From NCBI RefSeq assembly GCF_018350175.1, contig NC_058368.1, positions 101,682,001 to 101,746,000 on the forward strand: a stretch of DNA of 64,000 nt, written 5' to 3'. This DNA is from Felis catus (lineage: Eukaryota). Below the pieces are notes generated by a model. The model saw only the letters and a program-made list of their open reading frames with translations. It was not told where the DNA came from and did no database searches. The translations under genes and the position numbers were made by a program. Positions 50,684 to 62,362 of the stretch are shown one piece after another. Within the stretch, counting starts at the first letter, position 1, and each line of letters starts with the position of its first letter.

Positions 50684-51969
50684 GCTTTCTAACCTTTTTA
50701 AATAAGTTTTTGAAACTCACAGTTTCCTTAAAATGATTCATTTCATCCAAGATTTGAATACAATAGCATATGCGTAAGCAATATATTACCTTGTGCTACC
50801 ATGTTTTCTATTTTTTTTAAAAAGGAAAGAAGTAAATGATGTTTCTTGTAGATAAAAAATCAGAAAATACCGACTACAGAGAATCATGTAGATCCTAATT
50901 CTTAATTTCATGACCCAGAAATGACCTCTGTTGCTACTTTAGGCATATTTCTTACCAAATTTCATTCTTTAAAATTTGTACTGTGTACCTGTGTAGTTGG
51001 CACTGCTTCTAGGAAAGGGGTGATGAGTGGGTTGAACAGAGATCTTTCGGTTTCCTTTTTTCTGGTGTTCTGAGAGCTGGAGAAGGATGTGAGAGTGTAT
51101 AGATCTAGCCCATGTCAAAGGAGCCCCGGGAAATTGAAAACAGTGCTCTCGTACATGGATTGGAGAAATAGATGGACAGCGGGGATTTTTAAATCTAAGA
51201 AAGCAAACTTAGAGATAAGATCTTGTTCAGGAAAAAGTCTCTGTTGTGCAGGATAGAAAAAAAAAAAACAAGGCAAATGAATTCAAGAGGTAGAACCATT
51301 GTATTACAAAGAGGGGAGGCATTTCTGAACGGTGTATAAATTCCGATGGAGAAAGTGTTAGTACATCTTCTGAGTTGATGCACATGGAAGAGTCAGATTC
51401 TTTGGCTTTATCGTAGTGGGTTTTGGGTTTTGTACATGTAGGTCCTCTTCCAGGCAGTGACAGAGCTCCTTTTGTTCAACTTTTCCAAGGAAATACTTTC
51501 AGGTGATCTTGGAGATTGAGATTGAGGACTTGGAGTCACTTGCCTATTTTTAGCTCTTGGGTTTATAGCGTTTTTGTCTTTCCGAGTGCAGGGTCAAGTG
51601 CCATTGTAGACTCGCATTTGCTGTTTTAATGACTTCAGCTGGATTTCCACTTCTTGAGTTTGATACTTTTTCTTTAACATATTGAGAGTCAGTGAGATGA
51701 GGTACTGAGGAGGGAGAAGCAAATGTGTGATGCCCATCGGTGACTATACTAGCGAAAGCTCAGAGGAAACAGGATTGGCAAAGACGTTTCCCTTAGTTTC
51801 TTTGAGCCCAATTCTTCCTCAACAATGGAGGATACCCAGTCTGTTGTCTTAGGATTCGAGCTTCAACTTCCATAAAGAGTGTGAACTAAACTTCTATGCC
51901 ACAACTATTTAGTACCTTCTATATTTGGGCTGTGCCTGCACTGGCAGTTGATGCAACAATAATAAATGA

Positions 51970-52178
51970 GGGGCGCCTGGATGGCTCAGCTGGTTAAGCA
52001 TCTGGCTTCGGCTCAGGTCATGATCTCACGGTTTGTGAGTTGGAGCCCCGCGCTGGGCTCTGTGCTGACAGCTCAGAGCCTAGAGCCTGCTTCGGATTCT
52101 GTGTCTCCGTCTCTCTATGTCCCTCCCCCAATCATGCTCTGTCTGCCTGTCTCCCTCTAAAAAATAAATAAACATGAA
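51970..52178 (+). mobile_element. Felid SINE
   Basis: ggggcgcctggatggctcagctggttaagc head, CT tract, A-tail. Confidence 0.93.
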
Positions 52179-52838
52179 GAATAATAAATAAGACAAAAAT
52201 CCCTGTGCTGAAGGGGAAAGAAGAGTCTGCTGGGGGGGAACTTAGGGTTCATGATTTACTAACACTCGAGGACAGGAAAAGACAGTGTCCATTTCAGCAA
52301 AGATCAATATAATACACATTGTTTAGAAGATAGGGAAATACAGAGAAGTATAAAGAAAAAAAAGGGGGGGACATCCTAGAAATGTACCACGTTGAAATAA
52401 ATGCTTTTACCATGAGGTCATCATCATTCCATGAATCTATGGACACACAAAATAGAAAGTAAGATGGGGAGATACAGGCAGAAAGATGAAGAGGCCCAAG
52501 TAGTGTGCCATGTATCTCTGAAATGTGAACAATAAAATTCCTGAACTTAATTTTATTTGAATGTAAGTGAAAACTGTATAACAAGAATGACAGCAAAAGA
52601 ACTGGTGAAACTTGATTTTTTTTTTTTTTTCCAATTGCAAATGGTTGTAGCAATCCCAACAGATCTCGCTAGGGATAAGATGCAAGATTATGTAAATTCA
52701 GAAATTAGAGTCCTTTTTTTCACCCTTTGTCTGTTTCAGATTTAGTCAGGGCTAGTTGATTGTTTATTACAAAAATTAGAGTATTTTCTTATGAAACCTT
52801 TACCATTTTATTGTCCCTTTTCTTTCCCTGCTCCTAAC

Positions 52839-53235
52839 TTTTTTTTTAATTTTATATATGAAATTTATTGTCAAATTGGTTTCCATATAACACCCAGTGC
52901 TCATCCCAAAAGGTGCCCTCCTCAACACCCATCACCCACCCTCCCCTCCGTCCCACCCCGCATCAACCCTCAGTTTGTTCTCAGTTTTTAACAGTCTCTT
53001 ATGCTTTGGCTCTCTCCCACTCTAACCTGTTTTTTTTTTTTCCTTCCCCTCCCCCATGGGTTTCTGTTAAGTTTCTCAGGATCCACATAAGAGTGAGACC
53101 ATATGGTATCTGTCTTTCTCTGTATGGCTTATTTCACTTAGCATCACACTCTCCAGTTCTATCCATGTTGCTACAAAAGGCCATATTTCATTTTTTCTCA
53201 TTGCCACGTAGTATTCCATTGTGTATATAAACCAC
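52839..53235 (-). mobile_element. Recent felid L1 3' end (~400 bp)
   Basis: T tail, 'aaatttattgtcaaattggtttccata...cacccagtgctcatcccaaaaggtgccctcc...gatccacataagagtga...gtagtattccattgtgtatataaaccac'. Confidence 0.92.
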
Positions 53236-53439
53236 TTTTGATGTATTTTATAATTACCCTGCCAAGGTCCCTCCCTTCTATAAAAACAATTGCCACAAGT
53301 GTTGAGTCTGAGTCTTCTATTGAATGCTCACTGAAATCTATATTGATGTTAATCTATATAGAATGCCATATGGGTGGTCATTATTGGTCCTTTTACATTT
53401 TCCGATTTGTCTGCTTTGACTTATCTCTTGAATGAATGG

Positions 53440-54170
53440 ACACAACATCCATAGAAAATCCCGTTAAAGGCGTCAGAGAGCTCTCAGGCAGCCAAGACCT
53501 ATAGGGCAAGACCCTAGATCAGATGAGTTGCAGAAAAGGGAGACCTACGCTCAGTAGTTGTCCTGTTGAGGCATTTGCTAAGTTCTTCAAGTGCAGGAGG
53601 TGAGAGGCTAGGTTGAATTAAATTTTTGAAATTCTCACTCTGCCAAGGGGGCGGGGACCCATAAACTGGGGAGCATAACCTGATAAGGAGGAGGAAACGT
53701 AGTAAACACTAAACGCTCCCAGTCATTGTTGAGATCTCCGAAGAGCCACATGCTAGAAATGAAGGCAAACTAGAGGCCAAAAGATGTGAAGCAGCCTAGG
53801 TGAGCCCAGTCCCTGATTATATTAAAATAAAAGGCTCCCTTTCACCTGCTCAGGAGAGGCTAGGGTGAGCTCACCTGGAAGCAAGATAATTTCTAGAGCT
53901 ATTCTTTTTCATTTGTATTTCATGTGTCTTTCCTATGCAGTGTTAATCTGTTAATCACAAATTGCCACATGTACCAAAAACCTAGAAAACAAATTATAAA
54001 AATAGGTTCATAGTTGTCCGAGATGATGGAAGTCTCAAGCACAGACATTACCATAACTGTGATTAATACGTTCAGAAAAATAGATGACAAGATGGAGAAT
54101 GTATTAAAAAAGGAGAGGAATGTATTAAAAAAATCAAATGGAAATGTAAACACTAAAAATATCTCCAAGA
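53440..54170 (+). mobile_element. Ancient L1M/HAL1 5' region and ORF1 N-terminus
   Basis: ORF 54014-54199 EMMEVSSTDITITVINTFRKIDDKMEN resembles the L1M/HAL1 ORF1 motif QMLELSDKDFKITMINMLKKIxEKMEN. Confidence 0.55.
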
Positions 54171-54283
54171 AAGGAACAATGTATAATCTTGGAATTTGAG
54201 ATCTGAATCAATCCTCTCTTGTCTTTCATGGGAAGCCCTTTTATTCCTTTTTTTAACCCATTTCTTTCTTTTTTTTTTCACAG

Positions 54284-54316
54284 TGGTCACTCTCACTCTT
54301 CTCTATGAAAATGAAT
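54284..54316 (+). other. Candidate 33-nt micro-exon of an unidentified host gene
   Basis: Branch-like ttttaac, long pyrimidine tract and CAG acceptor (54281-54283); GTAAGT donor (54317-54322); length divisible by 3. Confidence 0.35.
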
Positions 54317-56074
54317 GTAAGTATTCTTCAGTATATTTCAAGCATATTAATATTACGTTTGTATAATGTAATATGTAATCAGTACCAAGCATATTACATT
54401 TATGAAAGTTCATTCTGTTATGGAAGAAAATTAAACATTTTGCATGATGTGACTGAACATATGGTTGAGAGATACTTGGTTAAAAAATTGTGTTTAACAA
54501 TCTTGAAGTAAATGCTAACATTAGGAAGCTTTTGCTTCCTTCATTCAAGTGGTTATATAATTTATTTCTTAAAACCATAATTTGGAACGTAAACCTCATG
54601 AAGGTGACACAGTACCCCACTGAGGCAAATGGCAAAGAACTGGGAATTACCAATTCTAAATTTGTTGAAGATCATACTCCGTTCTTTCTGGTGTCTGATA
54701 AATTGTTATTTGTAAAGACAAATAGTAGGTGATGATGCTGGAGCATGTGACTGTTGATAATGTTGATTTCTGTAGTCATCACCCCAAAGTTTCTTTGACC
54801 CCTTCCTTATAATTCATGTAGTCAGTCAACATTTACTGAGTATTGACTATGGTATGGTCCTCGGTTTTGAAAAATTTTGAAGCGAGTGGTAGAGGCAAAC
54901 ACTTTTCACTTGAAAATGGGCAGCAAAGGTGTTAAGTGTGAGTGTGGACAGGCATTGCCTCATCTTACTGAAGCTGAGTGTGGATGAGGGGAAGGAGTCT
55001 TCAGAGAAGTCTTCAAAGTGGAGGAAAGGTGTAAGGAGTCTAAGGGGAGTCCCCCAAGCAGAAGAGGGTCATGAATAAAGAACAGAGCGATGGTGGTTTC
55101 ATTGTGGTTTTTGTGAAGAATGCTAGATACGGTCACTCCTCCCTTAATGACCATTTAAGGGTCTCACAGAGTCCCCCAGGTTGCTCTAAACTTGGCCTGC
55201 ACTTGTTTTGTGAAGATGGGGCTCGGGTCCCCATCTGAGCTCTGTCCTATACAGCTGCACCTTCCATCATCTGTCATAGAGTCTGTGCATGGACCTCTCT
55301 TAATACTCCCGGAGGGTGCCTCCCCATGAAGCTCAACTCAGGGATGATGAAGTGTTAGGGGGCAAAACGCTTTCCTTCCACCCCCAAGGCCCCCAGCACT
55401 GAACTGGGCATTCCTAGCAGTTAGGACAACACAACGAAAGACTACTGAGGGGGAAAAAACAAGAATCGGGTAGTGCAAACACAAGAATGTACACTCTGGA
55501 ACTTCAGAAACACCGAAAAGCGTAGGAAATCAGATTTCCAGAGTTTCCATTACGGTAGCTCTGGAGCAAGGCTGACAGTCTGTTCCCAGGTGATACTGAT
55601 GCTGCCTTAGACAAAATAAGTTGCCCTTGCCTGTAAACACAAGAGACTGGATTAAAAAAGATAATAATACTCTGATAGCCCATCTAGGCTGATGTGAAAT
55701 CTTAAAACTTACATGATATTAAGGCTTAGTTGGGTAAAGTAAGGTATTAGACAATGAATCGTAAACCTTGAGCATTCTTGATAGATGGGATATAAAATGG
55801 CTCAAAATTCAGAAGCTTTCAAACTTAAAACCTTCTTAAAAGTCAAGAACAATGAAGGCTACTTTGTGAAGGAAAAAACAACCCAAATAGACTTGAAAAT
55901 TGAATACTTCTAGTATATTTTTTCTCCTGTGTTCAGCATCTTCTTAATACCTATACATTTAGAAACAAACTGTCTTACGATTGGTAGCTGTGGCCATTTT
56001 TGGATGGCTAATCTCCCTCAGTCAAGCTCATCTGAAACAAATAATTGTGCGTTTCTATAATGTCTGTGGCTCTG

Positions 56075-56207
56075 GTTCTGAGCTTTTGCTGGACCCTGGA
56101 TGCACCTGAGGGAATCTGGATTTAATGCATCTGTGGTCCAGGCATTAGTGTTCTTTTTATAACTCCCCAGGTCCTTCCAAAGTGTACCATGGGTTGAGAA
56201 TGACTGG
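56075..56207. mobile_element. MER5-like fragment
   Basis: ...ccaggcattagtgttctttttataactccccagg...gggttgagaatgactgg resembles the MER5A terminus. Confidence 0.5.
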
Positions 56208-57045
56208 TGTAGTCCTTGGGCTAGTATAACCTATATTTTAGGAGTGGAGATATTACTAATTGTTTTGCCATAAAGCCCACATCAACTAATGTCTGTATGA
56301 GGGTTTTACATCTTACATATGTTTCAAGGAACCCACATTCCCCAACTTTGGTAAACAACACTTTGAAATAATGCTGTGCTCCATTTATTGCCAGTTGGTA
56401 CAGAAATCATATTTATCTTTCTAATGAGTTTCACTGCATATGCAGATTAGGAACAAATTTTTTAAATTACAAGTCAGGGCCATGAGGAAACCAGATAGAG
56501 CCCGTTCCAGCAACGTGACAAAAATGATGGAAGTTTTCAGAAACTTGCTGGCAGGAAATCCACTGCCAAAGAGCCACAGATCATGTTAACGCCTTGTTGC
56601 CTGTCATCCTGTTAGTTAAATGGAAGGGAGCTTTCGATTCAGGGTACAGTCCAACCTAGATCAAAGTAGAAATGGCTTTTGACACTTGGGTTTTGTTTAA
56701 GAAAGAGGTTAGTCACTCATAGGCTTGACTGACCGGCCAGAAGGATGTAAATTGCTTGGTAAAACAGCTTCCCATTTAGAATCCTAAGGATTACAAGAAA
56801 AATCTCACCAGTTAACGGTTTGTGTTAGTTGGTAAATTCAGGATCTATTTGACTCAGTCCCCCAGAATTAGCTAATGCAAGTACAGGGTGTTGAATTAAA
56901 TGTAAAGTTCATCTAGACAACACATACTTTTTAGTATAGTAAAATGTTGAATATGGCAAGGGGCTTACTTATGCTAAAAAATTATTCATTTTTTCCATTT
57001 GAAATGCGCATTTAACTGGGCATTCTGTGTTTTATCTTGCCAGTT

Positions 57046-57243
57046 TAATTGTTTTTCATGTTTGTTTATTTTTGAGAGAGCGTGAGTGGGGGAGGGGCAG
57101 AGAGCGGGGGAGACGATCTGAAGCAGGCTCCAGGCTCTGAGCTGTTAGTGCAGAGCCTGATATAGGACTCAAGCCCACACACTGTGAGATCATGACTTGA
57201 GCTGTAGTCGGATGCTTAACCGACTGAGCCACCCAGGCGCCCC
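57046..57243 (-). mobile_element. Felid SINE
   Basis: Perfect TSD ttatcttgccagtt (57032-57045 / 57244-57257). Confidence 0.95.
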
Positions 57244-58558
57244 TTATCTTGCCAGTTGAAATCTTACTACATCCTCCGGGAGGTTTTTGGCAGGACTGAG
57301 TAACAAGAACTCTCTAGAAACTCGTATCTTGGAAACATTAGCTCTGATCTTCACTGACCTCTTCTTCCCCTGGTCAGTTATTACCGCAAAGTAGACTCCT
57401 CTGCTTTCCTATTGTAAAGTTAGGACAATAATACGAAAGGGGGGTTAGACACACCCAATACATCCCACAAACAGAGCTAAGTAGAAATCTCTTTATAATT
57501 GTCCAGTAAGTTTGTCCTCCTCATTGATCAAGCGTTCCCCAAACTTGACCTTCCCCTTTGCTTTCCCAACCTAGACCCCATGATTCCCCTTTTAAACCTC
57601 ATTGTCACCAGTGGTCTCAACTCATTCATTCTCATGGTCCATCGACTCCAGGACTCTTCCTGGGGAAGGGAGGGAGTTGGAATGTTAGAATGACCTGGGG
57701 AACTTTTTCTAAGTAGACTTGCCTGCTCTCCTTTGCTGCCTCTGCACAGAAAAGTCCTGGTCTGGAGTCAGTGGGTGTGAGAAAGCCAGGCTGTGGCTCT
57801 CAAATCTTGATAGGGAAAAACAAAACGAAACAAACAATCATCCATGTCTGATTTGCCTTTTTGGCAGTTGCGATTTGCAAGAGGAAGGTGCAAACAATTC
57901 TACCAGGAAATACATAGTTCTCTGGTGTCCCTTCTTGGCTCTCATTACTTTAAAAGGGAATTACATTGTGCACTTGAAAATAATATAATGTTATGTGTCA
58001 GTTAAAAAGGTGTGTGTGTGGGGGGGGGTAGTTTTGCCTTGTATTATCTGATTGGCCGTAATTGTCTGTATTCAGAGTGCTTCGAACAGACGATGTGATG
58101 CTCCCAGCCGTCCGGGGGCTGGCTGAGTATATCTCATCGGTGTGGCGTTGCTGATGCCTGCGCACGTGGTCACCCCAGACCAAGAAATGCTGTGAAACAG
58201 GTTCAGAATCATGGCCACGAGATAAAAATTGGAGACTCCAACCCGACAAGCCTAATGTGTGGAGCAAGCTCAGATTACCACGTGTTCAGCTTTGGGCACA
58301 TATTTAAAAGGCAAAACTAGATTGCAGTCCGCTCCTCGTTTTTATTGTCAGGATTTTTTTTTTTTCTTTTCCCTTAGAACAGTAGAAATTTTTGTTAAAT
58401 ACTGAAGGGGTCCAGCATTCTAAAAAAATAAGTTGCTTTGAAAACCACGTATTTTCTTGGATATCTTACGTACTTGGAGTTATCGCATGGAACTGTGCCT
58501 GGCTCATGACATGTGGAAACGGATTGACTCTTGGTTGAGCTAAATGCAGTTTGAAGCT

Positions 58559-58582
58559 CAAAAAAAAAAAAAAAAAAAAAAA
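58559..58582. repeat. Poly(A) tract
   Basis: Direct reading. Confidence 0.9.
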
Positions 58583-59952
58583 TGACGTTTGGTGGTCCTT
58601 GTCAGACAAGCTCGTGGATTATGTAGAAACGCTTAGTTCCAATGCGGTTTTCTCCTGGGGGGAGCGAAAGAAATGATTGACAGCACCGTCCTGTTTCAGT
58701 CACGGAGCTGGACATTTGGATGTAGATAAACGTCTCCGGGATTCTTGAGCAGTAGTGCGCAAGGCCCAGGGCGGGCTCTGCAGAGCCAAGACTGGCATGG
58801 GCTAGTCCTTGGGAACAGGAAAGGGTAGCAGAACGGATCAGCAAGGTCTTCAGGCACATTGGACTTGCCCTCTTTGGAAAGCGGGCTCATGGCTGGTGCT
58901 TGTTGACGTGATGCCCCAAACACCTCATTACTGCAGTATGATTGAGGTCGTGCCCCCGAGTCACTTAATTCTAGTCCCCGGTTGCAACTGAAAGGAAAAC
59001 GCCCCGCGTGAGTTGTCTTGAGAAACAAAAGCCCGTTTCAGCTCTCGGTCCCACAGAGCCCGTGACCGCCAAGCCGGCGTGCCAAGGTAATTGTCTGTGG
59101 TTAATAATGCTGACACCGGAGGTCGGAGCTTGCCCTCCAGGTGTGTTACAGCATCTCTGGACAAGAGGGCTGGGTCCTCGCAGGTGGGTCTGGCCGAGGG
59201 GCCTCGAGGCACTTACACTGAATGTGACGTTGAGGCGGCTAGTTGCGTGGAGGAGACGTGGAAGAAGTCGTGGGCCCTGCGTTTCCCACAGCAGTTTTGC
59301 AAAGCCTGGTAAGTGCTGCTGTGGCTCAGGGGTCCTTGCGCCCAACTGGATACAAACAAGCCCTCTGCAAGGGCCCGAGAATGTTTGTCGCTGGTGCTGG
59401 ATGGTCAAGATGACGGCGGAGGGGCTTCCGGGAGTTCAGAGGCTAAGACAGAAAGCTGCATGTGTGCGCACGTTTCAAAAATGGGTCTTACCGAGAATGG
59501 ATCTTTGAAAACTGATCTTGGTCTTTGGAAAAAAAAAAAAAATTTCGTGTAGGAAGACGCTTGAGTCTAATTTGCTTGAGTTGTCTGAGGTAGTTGAGGG
59601 CAACACTATGACAGGAAAAATTAATGGAAGGAAGGTTCACTTAAATACGTATTCACTAGGGAGTGGCTCCAGAAGCCTCCCCACTAGGGGTTGGGGGCTA
59701 TGAGTATAAAGTAGGACTACAAAATTCTTAATTTCCGGGGAAAGATTTCTCTCTTTCTCATGATACACATTACCGTTATCCTTATCAACAACATTGGAAA
59801 CTAAGAGACAGAGAAAGAATCCCTGTTCCTCATGCAAAGAAGTTTTGTAAGGAAATGATGAGGGTCAAATGTATCAGTTTGCCAGAAGCAGCCAAGATAA
59901 AGGTCATACTATGTAACTCATAATTTAGTATGGCATTCTTTAGAAATCTCGT

Positions 59953-60187
59953 ATTAAAAAAAATGTTTAATGCTTAGTTATTTTTGAGAGAGAAGGAGAC
60001 AGAGATAGCATGCAAGCGAGTGTGAGCAGGGGAGGGGCAGCGGGAGAGGGAGACACAGAATCCGAAGCAGACTCCAGGCTCCGAGCTGTCAGCACAGAGC
60101 CCGACATGGGGCTTGAACTCACGAACCAGGGGATCACTACCTGGGCCAAAGTCGGGCGCTTAACTGACGGAGCCACCCAGGTGCGCC
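59953..60187 (-). mobile_element. Felid SINE
   Basis: ...aagtcgggcgcttaactgacggagccacccaggtgcgcc. Confidence 0.93.
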
Positions 60188-61739
60188 TCATATGGCATGT
60201 TTAATGTGTATTATGTGATCTTCTGTCTTCCAGGGAAGCTTCATAATGTACAGTCATAAATTTGTGTCTTGTTATCTATAGATGAGTGCATACACAAAGA
60301 GTATGTGTGCACATTGCACACATATATACACACACACACACAAACACACACAGCAGTGTTTACACTTGAGTTGTGGCTTACGTTGGGGTGATAGTCAAGA
60401 GTCAACAAGTAAAGTGGAAGTCCATTATAGGCTTATCCTTGGAAATGTTCGAAGTCACTCAAAGACACGATGCACACTTTGGCTTTTATAGTAACATGCA
60501 TGCATGCTGAAGCTGTAAAGTGCACAGAACAAGCCAGACTGAAGCAAATATCTTCATGCTGACGTTTAGATGTTCAAACTGTTCCCCTTGGCATGAATGG
60601 CAGGCATCGAAAAGAGCTTTCAAGTCCCTAGTGAGGTGATGGGTGAGTGACTTTAAGGGATTTCTTCCTTCTGGCAGAGTTGACTCTAGTTTGTCTTAAT
60701 AGTAAGCTTCTGGACTAATAAGAATAACCGTTATTATTATTTCTGTAAGGATGAGGCTTAAAAGAGACAATGGTATCTCAACTTACTGGCGTTAGATTCC
60801 AAAATCTGGGCAAAAGGCCAAGGAATATGTGGTACAGTGACTAGGTTGAGAAAATAAACTTTGAGTTAAGGTGGTTTGACTTTGGAAGTAATTTTCTCTG
60901 CATTGTATATACCTGCACGTACTCTGTGTTGGCAAGTGAACGGAAGGCGGGTTTTATCTCCCTAAGTCAGTAGCCTTTGATTGACTGGTTGACCTGATTC
61001 ACCACACGACTGACTTGTAGAGATGGTGACAGCCATCTCAGTCTCTCTTCCTACGTTCAGTGGGCATGGCGTGTGTTAGGGTGTGTGTGAGCGGGGGAGA
61101 TGCAGTGTCTGAGTGTCTCAAGATACCTTGTACACACCTGTCTCAGAGTTGGAGGGCGAGGAGGATAAAGACGTGTCTGGAATGTCCTGTCCACCGTGGG
61201 AGTAGGCCCAGCCGCAGGATAGGAAGACAAAGGAACTTGGTGTGAAAAGTCACCTTGAGGGAGGAAGGAGTCCGGCAGCGGGAACGCGGCGTGTCACAGT
61301 TAAGAAAGGCTTGGTTGTGGCACTATCAGGGAAAAGTGACTTTTCACTCAGGACTGTCTCATAGCCTGGCCCTTTGTGGATCTTTTTTCTGATTCCTTTC
61401 GAGAACAGGGTAGGCTCTTGTACTACAAATCCTGGAAGAGACTGTAGCCTGAATGGCACTGCCTTGGTAACCCTCTAATAGGGGACAACTCAAAAGACAG
61501 AAGGGGACGGAAGCCATGACCCTTTGACGCCATGATGCCTGACCCAGCAGTCAAAGTACCAGCAGGATAGGAATTTCTTAGAAGCACATAGGAGGAGGCC
61601 TTGTCTGGGGACTCTAAGAAATGGGTGAGTGCATAAAGCAGAAGAAAGTTGAGTTATTACTGTTAATGTGACCACACCTGACCCCACAGGTTGGGGAGGT
61701 AGAGAGAAATTCAGTTTTCACCTCTATTATTGTACTTCA

Positions 61740-61888
61740 CACAGAATTAGAACTACTTACTTACCCTTCTGCTTCCCCTCCTAGGCTTTGAGGCCCTGCA
61801 GACCGGGGGCTATATTGTATTCATCATGGTTTTTCCAGAACCTGACCTTTGATCCCCATAAGTAGGTGTTCACTGAATGGTGGGTGGG
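61740..61888 (+). mobile_element. L2 3' end relic
   Basis: ctaggctttgaggccc...tattgtattcatc...ccagaacctgac...agtaggtgttcactgaatg resembles the L2 3' tail. Confidence 0.5.
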
Positions 61889-62343
61889 TTTTTGGTGTTT
61901 TTGGGTTTTTTTTTTTTTATTAATGTCGTTTCTCTAGCTAAAAGACCGATTTCTATGCTTGTATTTGTTGGTGATTCTAGAAATGTCTGACCCAGCATCT
62001 CAGTTGGGGAAGAAGAGGAGAAGCCTGGGTCGTGACTTGGCTTCCGAATTTCTAGCCTCTTCCTTCACAGGCTGTCAGACAGGAATACAGAGCTTCCTGC
62101 CTGAGGCCCGACTGCTGAATTAGACTTTGGGGCAGGAACCTCCAACTGTCCCTTTAGATGAGAGCAGGTCCTGTTTTTCCTCCAGAGGTCGGACAAAGGA
62201 GAAAAGCGCATTTCAGCTGGAGGCTTTGAAAGGCCGACAATGAGTGGAGAACAATGTGCGCCTCAGTTTATTGAGCCTCACTGAATGCCCTGGTGCTTCT
62301 AGACTGTAACCTATACATCTGCCTGACTGGGGGGAGGGGCCGG

Positions 62344-62362
62344 GCGCTGCCACCGAGCGGAG
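62344..62362 (-). promoter_or_regulatory. CTCF binding motif
   Basis: Minus strand reads CCGCTCGGTGGCAG(CGC), an exact match to the CCGCNNGGNGGCAG consensus, with CpGs retained; a GC box (ggggaggggc) is adjacent. Confidence 0.6.

Noticed and set aside
27026..54135. Short tandem duplications (27026-27066, 29003-29048, 41880-41901, 54098-54135) as repeat arrays or CRISPR
   Set aside because: Two-copy slippage duplications without spacers; eukaryotic context and no cas genes.
59008..59508. 166-aa ORF as a protein-coding gene
   Set aside because: Non-ATG start, no recognisable domain, and competing overlapping ORFs as expected in GC-rich DNA; kept only as a candidate exon/regulatory block.
11560..60204. 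Many recurring short ORFs such as MAQSV(K/E)RPTSAQV... and GAPGWRSRLSVRLQPG...
   Set aside because: These are translations of SINE copies (GTG starts in the SINE head), not a gene family.
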